From the NCBI GenBank assembly GCA_965285935.1, contig OZ260661.1, forward strand, positions 96,472,001-96,536,000: DNA of 64,000 nucleotides. Direction: 5' to 3'. Below, piece by piece: positions 50,544-61,329 of this stretch. The notes under the pieces are model-generated. The model did no database searches, had not been told where the DNA came from, and saw nothing but the letters and a program-made list of their open reading frames with translations. Numbering within the stretch: the first letter of the stretch is position 1; each line of letters begins with the position of its first letter. This DNA comes from Ophelia neglecta (Eukaryota). A program made the position numbers and the translations under genes.

Positions 50544-53500
50544 TTAAAAAAAATAAGTGGAAAGGTAAACGTACCGACTCATACGGGCTATGCGATGGGT
50601 CGAGGACATGCTTGGTAAGCTGTGAGGGGGCTGCCATTCGCCTGTTGGAAAGAGTCCATCTCTGTACTCTCCAACTTCCCTATCAGGAGGGTCTGTCTGG
50701 AGGTTGTCAGTATGGGGCTCGATATTGTTGTGATTGCCTATGTTGAATATCTCAATCTCATCTTCGGATGAATGAATATCGCTGTTTCTTTCAGAAGTTC
50801 CTGGTTGGAATTCTGTTTGAATTGATTAAATTAAATTGATGATTTTCCGTTATGTTAGCTACATGTATATGAATGATCTGCTCCGGCGACTTAGTTCTGT
50901 AATTGTTTGCTCTATATACTTAAAATCAAAACGCATATCTACAGCAGTTCCCCGTTTTGATCTTGTCTTCAAGTTCAAATGGTCCGTTAAATTATCAAAA
51001 CAAAAAGTTCGCCTACAAGGATTCCGGAAGGAAATAATTTGCTAAAGGAATTCAAATGAAACTGGCGAAGTACCATCCTCTGGTAAATCATTAACATATT
51101 TCATTCCTGTTCAAAAGGGAGTACCTGTAGGAAGTACGTTTCTGTTGGTATTAGAGCAGTTGTGCTCTCTGCTATTACTCATTCTCATTGATAGGAGAGA
51201 ACTATATACGTAAAGCGGATAATCACTTGTGCACATGTTACAACGTGAACATCCTCGGTTTAGCCCTCATTTCTTCCAATAATACAGTATGAACGCATCA
51301 CCCACCTTTCTGGTTGAAGATTAATTTAGATTTGAGTTTTCTGTCATTAGCTTTCTTGTCTGTTCCGGATCCCACAAGATTTCTTTGGACAGGTATTCCA
51401 AGAACTTCAAACAGATTTTCTGAAATTTAATTAATTAATAGGCCTATCGTCTTCGACTTGTCTCGACCAACCTGACATGTCATAGCTTTACCACAAATGG
51501 CTATGCAACATCCTGCTCCCAAAAGATAAGGGCGTATGTGTCCTGCTTTTTAGTCAACTTTTTGTTTTGCTAATAATTATCTGTTTACCGTGTTCATTTG
51601 GTTAAATTAAACAGAATAATTGTGTCAACAACTCCATTTTAACATTATATATTGGGCATAGAACTTGCCGTCTTCCTTTGTGATTTTCTGGATGTCGGAA
51701 GTGTTAGTGTCCACTTCGGAATAGCATGGACAAAGCCAGCCTATAGTAGTAGTAGTAGCATTTCCTGTCTTCACCCGACTTCTGTGTTTTAAGCACTTCA
51801 AAAAAACCAAAAGTATCCATAGGCCTTGAACACAAATATTATCATTTAACCATAAACAGAAACGTTTGCGCAGATTTTAGCAGAGTGAGAGTTAAGTTAA
51901 AATTGTATAGGCCTGCTGTAAGTGGGACTACATGGGTATACCAGTCCTTGCCACTATACCTTGATAAATGAAACCATGCAAAACTGTGAAAATAAATGGT
52001 GAAAGATATTCTTAATAGATACCTTTGAGCCAGTGCAATTTTCTTTTACTGTCATGCGTACAGGCTTCGTGGCAAGTAATTTTAGATCGAAGTATCTGCA
52101 ATACATGGTCTAAATTGAATGTTCATCTTACTTATATAAATACAGAATATATATATATATACCTGTATTCACACACACAGACACACGCATGGGCGCACGT
52201 GTGTGTTTTAGCTTATTGAATATGTATATTATTACATGTGAGCCATATATGACATACTAGTATGCCTCCTATAAATATCTTAGATTTAGACCGTCGGTTT
52301 CTTTGTTTGAAATGACGTATGACAGTTTTCACTTTCCCTCTCAGTTCAAGTCTTATAGCAGATAAAGAGTCGATCTTAATGAACTTCGGTAAAACCCACG
52401 CATAATCTTTTTATTGCAAATTCCGTTATTCCAAATAAACACTTGATTCATGCTTACTTATCGCAGAAAATGATAAGTATGGAGCAGGTTGCCAGGACGA
52501 CGAGGACTACACCGACCACGATGCAGCCCACGATGGGCGCCTCTCGCCACTGGGAATTCTCCGAGGTAACGTTGTGGTGTTGCTGGGGGTCGTTCATTGA
52601 GAACGCATTTTGAGTGCGGTTCATTCTAAGCATATCTCTAGGTCTGAATTTTCTAGCATTTAACCAAATCGCAATGTCTTGTTTGGCTGAAAGGCGAATT
52701 CTAAATTATCAAGTAAAACAGACAACTATAATAGAAGCAGACATCCTTTATAATAGGCAATCTCATTATTGGTGATAAAGAGGGTAAAAAAGCATTCATT
52801 TGTCGCATTACACACACATCCAGTCCTGGAGCGAAACATGGGCTCCGCCAAAATCAATGACTAGAAAAATTAAGAACAGTCTTTCACGACGATTTAAAGG
52901 CGTGAAATAATGTAGAAACTAATGAAATCGTGCCTGGGTCGCTGATTTTGGGATCAGTCATTGTTTTAAATCGTAAAATACGTTACGCTTGTCCATTTTG
53001 CGCTGTTATATTACGAAGATTAAGAAAAAAATGTTACTGAAAAAGGGCAGCGGAACGCTATGTGTCTGTTAACTGTTTATATACAGCTCTTCTTTCCCAA
53101 AAGTGCCAGCTATCCTCATTAACAGGACCAATTTCAACCACCAAGTATAAGACTTAACATTAATCAGTCAGGTTCCGCCACTTAGGCCTATCATCAGCAG
53201 CAGCTATATAGTCTAAGTACAGGCTTACCTACACATCGGCTATTCTTTTCTGATCGAAAATCGACCAGACAAAATTCTCCTTTCTTGCATGGAAACGGGT
53301 GGCATGTATTAGGGACGATCGGACTAGATGGAATCTTGGACGAGTTGAGGAGGCTGTGATTTTCAGGTTGTTTTTTACCCTGCATGTTTTCGCAGAAGGC
53401 GCCTCTGAAACCTGGAGCACACTTACAAACAGCTGTGCCCTTGTTGGTAGACGAAGTGCCACAGCTGCCTCCATTAAGGCATGGCTTCTCCACGCAGACG

Positions 53501-56317
53501 TCCTGCATCTCACAGTGAGGTCCCATCCAGCCATGCTCGCAGATACACTTGCCTCTGGTCTGACCACGGTCTACTCGGCAGCTTCCGCGACCATTACAGT
53601 CAAATTTTTTACATGGACTTTCTTTGATTTGGCACTGACGACCGGAAAACCCCGCCTGGCATTTGCACTTGAAGGTTTTGCCGTTTGCCCTACACGTTCC
53701 TCTTTTTAGACAACGGTTCTTTTCACATGAATTATTGTGTTCCTCGCACAATGGTCCAATGAAAAAATCTTTGCATCTACAAATGAATTTTGTTGTGTTT
53801 TGGTTACTAATACACTTGCCACCATTCTTGCATGGACTACTGTCGCACAGGTCCGTCGCTTTTACATAGTCTATTGCCCTGTCCTCACACAACGGGCCTT
53901 GACACCCCGGGACACATTTACACGTGAAGAACCTTCCTAGGCGCAGGCAAGAAGCGCCATTTTTGCAGTGAGACTTGGTACAGCTGGACCCTTTTAAATC
54001 ACAGAAAGTGCCGCTATATCCTGCTTCGCAATGACATGCAAAGCTGATATTGTTCAGTGAATAACAGGACCCATGAGAACCACAAGGGGTGCTGTCACAG
54101 GGATTTGATTTTCTTTCACAATGCTTACCAGAAAACCCTTCTTGGCATTTACACATCCAGTTTTCAGGTGCAGAGATACATATTCCGCCATTATGACACC
54201 GGTTCTTTGAACAGTGATTTCCACGGGTATTTTCATCGCAGTCACTATCGGCAGGATGCTCAGGCAACTTGGGCATCGCACTTGGGCCATTCTCTCTTGC
54301 ACCGACCTCAATTTCTTCTTTCGGTATGACTGGGTGTCCAGTGGGGAAATTAATTTTCTTAATACCTAATGAATGGCCTAATTCTGTTAGGGTCTCGATT
54401 AATTTTATCTGTGTTGTTGCACGCTTTGCTGTATTTTTAATTAACATGGCACTATTTCTGGTTAAATTTCCTGCACTGATTTCCTTTGTGACTTCTTGAT
54501 TTTGTTTCTCATCGTTGTCAGATGCAAAACTAGTTTCAGTTCGTTTGATCCGCCTTAAACCTATGCCATCCGAAACGTTCTTGTTTGGGGTAATATTTGG
54601 AGTTTGCAATTGTTCCACAGTCATGCTTCCCTCAAAATTGTGTACCTCTTTGCGTTCATCTTCGATTTTTGTTTCATACGAATTTTCTCCTGTATATTTT
54701 TGACCGACGAACGATGAACTTGGTGGATTGATATCCGAAGTGTTGTGCGTTTGAGGGTTTGCAGTATCAAAGCGGCGAAATGAGACACCGTTTCCTTTTT
54801 TGACCACAGATGCAGAAAATGTATTAAGGTTTGGTCGAATAGTTTTCACATCTTTTGCGGCAAAGACACTGGCTGCGGTTATAACTGTGAAATGGAAAAA
54901 ACGCAAATAATTGATAGAATATCATAGGGCCTGATATTTCTAACTCAAAGATTATAATACCGGGGATGCCTTTCCTCTGGGCGATTTTAAGGCCCTGTTG
55001 CATACATTGTTTGTAGTTCATGGAGGCGGTAAAATTCGAACACTTGCGATCTCTTCAATTAAACCGCTCTTTCCAGATTGTAATAGATAGGCGGACGATG
55101 AAAAAGGGTTTTTTTTCTTAATCATATAGATAGCCAATTGGACCATCAGAGCGTGGCTGTCAATGAAAGTCTTGTCTAGTGACCAGAGAAGGCTTATTGC
55201 CGATGTCGTTGAAAGATATGCCTATATGCACACTGCTTCTCGCCCTCGCAGGTCTAATGACCGTCGCTGTTCTGTTTAGTCCATGAGCCAAATGAAAAAT
55301 CGGTACCAAAAGGGGCAAATTCTATAAGTAAAATTTGAAAGCTAAAGATGATACCAATGATAATAATTCAGAGTAAGAACCGAGTCTCATCTGAATGGGC
55401 AAAAAGAGCAAGCCGGTTACGCAGTTACGTCTTTCAATCCACGACTCTCAGCCGGCGCTCTAAGGTTCTTATGTGCGGAGTTATTGAGCAAAAGAAAAAG
55501 AGAACTAACAGCTGCTACCTTCGTATTTTTAGCAATACACTACTCAGCATAGAACAGCAGCCGCTCAGAAACATCGAGGACCTGAAGTGTAGTGATACAC
55601 AAAGAGATGTCCGTAAATAGCGAAGCACAGGAATGATGCGGTTGGTTGAATGTGTTCCCTTTCAACATTGATTTTAAATAGTAACTTGTATCACAAAGAT
55701 CCTGGCAAACATATTGTTTCATCGAACAAGACTCATTTTCACTGAACACCTTGGAACTGTGCTGGAATTTGTTACACATTTTGTTTTTCTCACAATGAAA
55801 GTAACATACATATATTAAAACAATTCCCTTATACCTTATATTAGGCTACGGCAAAAGAAAATAAGTGTGACAAGAAAAAATATTTGTTGTTTTTCCCTTT
55901 AGTCATGCATTACCGTGATTTGCCCAACGTGCTGCCCAATTTGTTACACTCCCCAAATCATTTAACAGTATGGCCCGGATGCATATGCTTGCAAATTGAA
56001 AGTTGATTACTATATTTATAATTATAGAAATACTTACATAGGCCAATAACGATAAACAAATGTACGCAACTCATTTTTGGAAAATAAGTAAACATAGGTC
56101 TACTGAAGCGTCGATAAATCGAGATTTCTGGTTGAAGTTCAGTTTCTTTTATATGTTGTTACAAATATTTGAAAAGAACACCATACAACAGTAATTTACT
56201 GTATCACATGGTGATAATCAGTGACGTCATTTAATGGCATAGCAACTATTTCTTGCTTTAGTGGCTTCAAGACAGCTCAAACTTACAACAGACAAAAAGA
56301 GACCCAGAAATATACAT
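50544..56317 (-). CDS. Type I transmembrane protein with 7 tandem EGF-like repeats (DLK/DNER/Notch-ligand-like, no DSL domain)
   Basis: Well-supported exons (-): 56317-56287 (MYISGSLFVC, completing the signal peptide ...FITAASVFA), 54884-53229 (about 220-aa low-complexity region with RRIKR, 7 EGF repeats and a 4-Cys partial module) and 52686-52458 (TM helix IVGCIVVGVVLVVLATCSILIIFC). Tentative cytoplasmic exons are 51781-51669 (GC donor), 51419-51306 and 50812-50544. All junctions are phase-consistent, but the 3' end is uncertain. Confidence 0.75.
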
Positions 56318-57787
56318 AGGAAGCTGCGGACAGGCGCCTCGCGTGTCTCCGTACCAGAGCTCTACACTGGATTACTGTAAATATTGAAAGATGCTATTTT
56401 TCACCTTTTCCAAAAGGAACATATAGATCTTAGTTTTAAAACAAGCTTAAACGAATTTTGATATTGCAGCACAAAATTAGGGAAGAAATATTAGATTAAG
56501 GTATTATAATAACACATGAGTGCTGACACCGGCCAGTCTCACCCCGCATGCTCTCCCTTAATTCGTTATCTCAGGAATATACCGGTATACAATAAAAGTC
56601 TTTGGCTGCTGCTATTGAACCATACCGTAGGGCCACATCCCATATCAAAGCAAAGGACATAAATTATGAAAAAAAAAATTATTTTCATATTTCACCCAAG
56701 TACAGCTATAGCTATGCCATGCATTTGGGAATGCCCCTACAAGACCCTATAAAGGATAACTGTAAAAAAAATTGATTATTGAAATACATTTTTACAATTC
56801 ACTTTTTCTCAGAATCGAATACTATAAAAGTCATTGACTGTTGCTATCGTTGTATACAATACACCCACACTTAATATCAAAACAAAAGACGTACACAAAT
56901 TCAGTTAGAATTATGATATTCATACTTTACGAAGATTATAATGTAGGCAAGAAGGTCATTCAATATATTAGTGCTCAGTCAAAAATGTAGTTTGAATTGC
57001 TCAAAACTTACACTCTGCAGTAATTTATTGATATCCGGTTAGTCAGATTAAGGCAATACTCTTTTGGGTAATGGAAGATCAGATAAACACATAATATGTA
57101 GCTTTATTAGGTTCAGGTGAATAATATACTATTAAAGGCAAACAAATTTTTTAGCACATGCTAAAAAAATTAATAAAATGTATTTCCGTCAATCATACCT
57201 GAAGTGTTTATTAATTGGTCCAGTAAACAATACTTCCTGCTTTGCCGCATGATTTCACGATTTAGGTCTTTGATAATGCCTTTTTTAAGTCACTTGTTTA
57301 TCATCATTTTGCGAACACATTTTAAGAAAGTATCCCAAGGGAGACTGATTAAAAAGAAAGACATATATTGAAATTAGTAACTTTATTCAGACAAATTATC
57401 CAGACATATGATACTGTGTCATGTTTCAGTTTGTTCATTCCATGTAGAGTTCACACATTGGCTGTTTGAAATTCTATGAACTGTTAGGAAGAAAGATGAA
57501 AGGTGCTTGTATATTTTCCTGTCTTATTCATAGATATTATAATATGTGCAGGACTAAATGTTGAGCACCATCAGGACTTGCTTAAACTGGATGTTGCAAT
57601 TAGCTCTGTTTTGTAATAGCAGTAATTAGGGGAAGAACTTTGTTGAACTTTAATCTGCAATTATAGGCTTCAATATTAAATATATCATGATATAAGGTGT
57701 GGCCATGCTTGACTTAACAAATAAAAGCCAGTTTCAGAGAAATGTGATTCATAAAAATGTGAATTTGGATAATGAAGCAGTAACTGC

Positions 57788-58004
57788 TGAAGTGTAGTCA
57801 TACAGTTTACAGTGAAGTGTAGTCATACAGTTTACAGTGAAGTGTAGTCATACAGTTTACAGTGAAGTGTATTCCTACAGTTTACAGTGAAGTACAGTTT
57901 ACAGTGAAGTGTAGTCATACAGTTTACAGTGAAGTGTATTCCTACAGTTTACAGTGAAGTGTATTCCTACAGTTTACAGTGAAGTGTATTCATACAGTTT
58001 ACAG
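57788..58004. repeat. 25-bp minisatellite, 8 full copies plus 1 deleted copy (TGAAGTGTAGTCATACAGTTTACAG)
   Basis: Tandem units of two main variants (GTCA and TTCC) plus one 17-bp unit; the array ends about 180 nt downstream of the DUF2236 stop codon. Confidence 0.95.
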
Positions 58005-58180
58005 TGTACTTATCTCAAGTAGCAAAGTTGAAAAACAAATTGATTGGCAATAGGGCTAATACATGCAAAACATTGACAAACATGAAAGCTGAGAGAAAAA
58101 ACAATTCCTTCTATGATATAGAATTGTTTTTTCTCTTAGCTGGTTGGAAGCTAGAGTATAAACAAACAAACAAATGTTTT

Positions 58181-59158
58181 TTAAGAATACTGTTTAGCTT
58201 CTAAATCTACGGTGTGCTTTTCCTTCTCATATACGGCATACATCAATTTGTTTGTGAGCCATTCAAAGCCTAAACACCAGCGTATCATAAACACTAAACA
58301 CTTATAGATCCATAGGCGCAAAGTATCAGTCCATGATAGTTTTGGGACTGGTACGCCCATACCATCAAACACAAATGCCAAAATAGCATTGAAACTATGA
58401 AGTTGGAACCCGGGTGGTATATTGATCCCATCAATATATGCATTTACCATTTTACTGAAATTATTTGGATGATTCTCTAGGCCTGGCAACAATTTCTCTT
58501 GTTCAATTTCTTTGCAAATTGCAAATGTTTCTGCATAGTTCCCTGCACAAATGTTGTATTTATCGTCAATGCCAAGCAAGTAACCAATGCCCCTCCAGAA
58601 ATGGATGTAATCTTCGAGATCAGACTTGTGGCAATGCACACCAAATCCTTTTGGATACATGACAATGGCTCCCATGAATCCACACTGTACTAATCCCATG
58701 TCATACTGTGAAATGTAAACCCTTCCAGTGTCAGCCATCTTTTTGGTCATTGCATTTCCAACAAAACGGTGCATTTTTCTCACAGTTTGAATTGATTTGA
58801 ATCCTACTCCTTCTGTATCCTCCCATATTTCATTACAAAACCAATTCATCAAATGAAGGAATGTTTGGCGATACCTGGATAGTGCTTTAGGTGGAGTGTC
58901 TGACTTTTCTGTAAAAACAAGTGGTTCCAGGAGATTAATTATGCTAAACCCTGTTGTAAGACTGCAGTGCAAGGAAAGAAACAAGGCTAAAAAGTGACTC
59001 TTGAAGAAATCCTGGCCCCTGCGGAATTTTGCTTTATCTAGCCAAGACGGAGTTTGGTAAGGTGAACTTTGACAGTCTCCTGGTTGATCAGAGCCCTTTT
59101 CAATGTCCTTGATTGTCCTTGGGAAGCGTGGACTGGCTTGAGACAATCTCCCATCCAT
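58181..59158 (-). CDS. DUF2236 / ER-bound oxygenase MpaB / rubber oxygenase (Lcp)-like protein, 325 aa, single coding exon
   Basis: Family motifs PSWLDKAKFRRGQDFF, LVFTEKSDTPPKALSRYRQT, VRKMH, ISQYDMGLVQCGFMG and YIHFWRGIGYLLGIDDKYNIC are present. An in-frame TAA lies just upstream of the ATG. A splice acceptor at 59178-59177 indicates a 5'UTR intron. Confidence 0.88.
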   Translation of the reverse strand: MDGRLSQASPRFPRTIKDIEKGSDQPGDCQSSPYQTPSWLDKAKFRRGQDFFKSHFLALFLSLHCSLTTGFSIINLLEPLVFTEKSDTPPKALSRYRQTFLHLMNWFCNEIWEDTEGVGFKSIQTVRKMHRFVGNAMTKKMADTGRVYISQYDMGLVQCGFMGAIVMYPKGFGVHCHKSDLEDYIHFWRGIGYLLGIDDKYNICAGNYAETFAICKEIEQEKLLPGLENHPNNFSKMVNAYIDGINIPPGFQLHSFNAILAFVFDGMGVPVPKLSWTDTLRLWIYKCLVFMIRWCLGFEWLTNKLMYAVYEKEKHTVDLEAKQYS

Positions 59159-61100
59159 GATTCTTTATTCTTCTGCCTGAAAAATGAATGTGACTTTAAG
59201 TAATGATGACTATATGAAACAAAGTCCATGCATAAGTGAACAAATTCTTGCTTTTGAACATATTGCCTGTTGCCCAGATTATTGTCCTTCACTTTTTCAT
59301 GCAATCCCTGTTTAGATGGGGGTAGTGTATAATCAGATCAATGTTCAATAGAATCAATAAACAAGTACTAGTAGAAAGATATCAGCAGATCAGTATACAG
59401 GTACTAGAATCATAGCCTCATTTCCTGACATCAAATACATGTACTTAAAATGTGGCAAATGATCAGGATAATGTTGACATTTGGACACACTGTGAATAAG
59501 TGTAGTGTGAACTTTAAACTGTCAGCACAATACATGATACAAAATTGCCTGGGTCACTGGGTTTAATTCACACTGTATGCAGAAATGTTATGTAAATAGA
59601 TATTTATAGTTATGAACTATGAGTGGGTTTAAAATATGAAATACCTGTTACTGTCTCATGGTCTGGGAAACACTTTCAATGAATGCATTAATTACACAGC
59701 ATACTCAGCATATATGCAATAGTAAAGCAAAGATTAGAAGATCATTCTGTAGGCCTACAGCCTTTAGCAGTCAAAGCTTGTAAATCGAAAGGTTTGGAAA
59801 TCATGTACCATATTAAGCCAATGGATTACACTGTAAGCCAGTATTTGTTGATATCAAAAATAATAAGTTAAGATTTATAATCCAGAAGCTTAAATTGAAT
59901 AGTTATTGTAAATTATACAAGAAAGGTGAATTCATGACAAAGAAATATCCACTATGTGACCATAGTATAAATAACCTAAACCACATATTGTTGGGATTGT
60001 CCCTATACTCAGTGTACTGCAGACATATGGAATGATTTTTTTTAAAGACATTCAACTTAGCACTGGAAAATACAATTGGCTATAAAGAATCAACCATTAC
60101 ATATATGTTAGTTTATTCTTAATACTTGACTGTATGGTCAACAATAGTTGAAATTTGTATCCCAGTACCTATATTTATTTGCTTTGGGAGGCAAAAGGGG
60201 TTGGTAAAATATATTTGCTCATTTAGCCAAATAATCTTTCATATTGTATCTTGATAAATGAATCATGCTGTTATTAATTTTGTTTCAGGGTGTTTCAATG
60301 TTTTTTTTATATGGCATCACAGTAAGCAGATGACCGGTTAAATCGGTAATTAAGTCACTTTCTACACTCTGACCAGCCAATGGCAGCCATTGCCCATGAC
60401 TACTTACTGTAGGATTACAAGTAATTAAATAATGTCACAGCACAAGGGTAGTGCATGAGGGAGGAAATTACAGTTAACCAGAAATAAAAAGGCCTTTTCA
60501 CGCTTAAAATGAAGTAAAATTGTAACCAGATGCATGAAGGAAATGATCACAGTTCACATGAGCCAAGAAGAAGTGCCCTTGGTGGAAGTTATTTCAACGA
60601 CATTTCCGTAAACCTACCGGTTAGGTTGCCAGAATTGCCAGGCGAGGGGACATTAACATTGAATGACCTTGAATTTGACTTTTGTCAACAACGCTGGTAT
60701 CATCCCTTATGTTGGGGACATGGGCGTACATGATAGCATGTCTGATGAAGAGATTGAGCATCAGCTTAGTATGAGGAAGACCTGGGGCCAGGTATGAGGC
60801 AGACCTGGGGCCATTACTCGGTATAAATAATGCAGTACCATTAGAATTATATCAGGGAAAAACCTTATTAGTTACCATTACCACTACTTTTTTTTCCAAA
60901 GATTATAATTACCATTACCATCACTTTGTCAAATAATTAATTACCATTACTAATTACATTGGGAAATAAATAAGATAGAGGTTACCACATACGAAATTTG
61001 TATCATGAACATTATGAATATAGGTAGTTTCAACTTAACATAACAAAAAACTTGATTTCAATCCAAATTAAATCTCTATCTAAAAGACAAATATCATAAA

Positions 61101-61329
61101 ATTAGTGATAATCGTGAAATATGTTTTTCCAGACCTGGGATCAAAACCCAGGGCCTCTCCATAACACCACCTAGCCGAGCGATGGCGAAAATAACCATTG
61201 CGCCACATCCCCATCCTACGTTTAGGTTGGGGATGTGGCGCAATAGTTTTGTTATGCTAGGTGGTGTTATTGAAATGTCATGGGTTTGATCCCAGGTCTG
61301 GGAGAACATATTTCATAATTATCACTAAT
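61101..61329. mobile_element. 229-bp foldback element with tRNA-like A/B boxes in both arms
   Basis: Inverted arms: ATTAGTGATAAT..GAAATATGTT..CCAGACCTGGGATCAAA pairs with TTTGATCCCAGGTCTGG..AACATATTTC..ATTATCACTAAT. The inner ATTGCGCCACATCCCCA pairs with TGGGGATGTGGCGCAAT. Confidence 0.7.

Noticed and set aside
56325-56352. GCCTCGCGT similarity to the 40-bp TIR
   Set aside because: Only about 10 bp match, with no partner end or TSD.
57788-58004. CRISPR-like array
   Set aside because: Head-to-tail repeats have no unique spacers, no cas genes are present, and the context is eukaryotic; this is a minisatellite.
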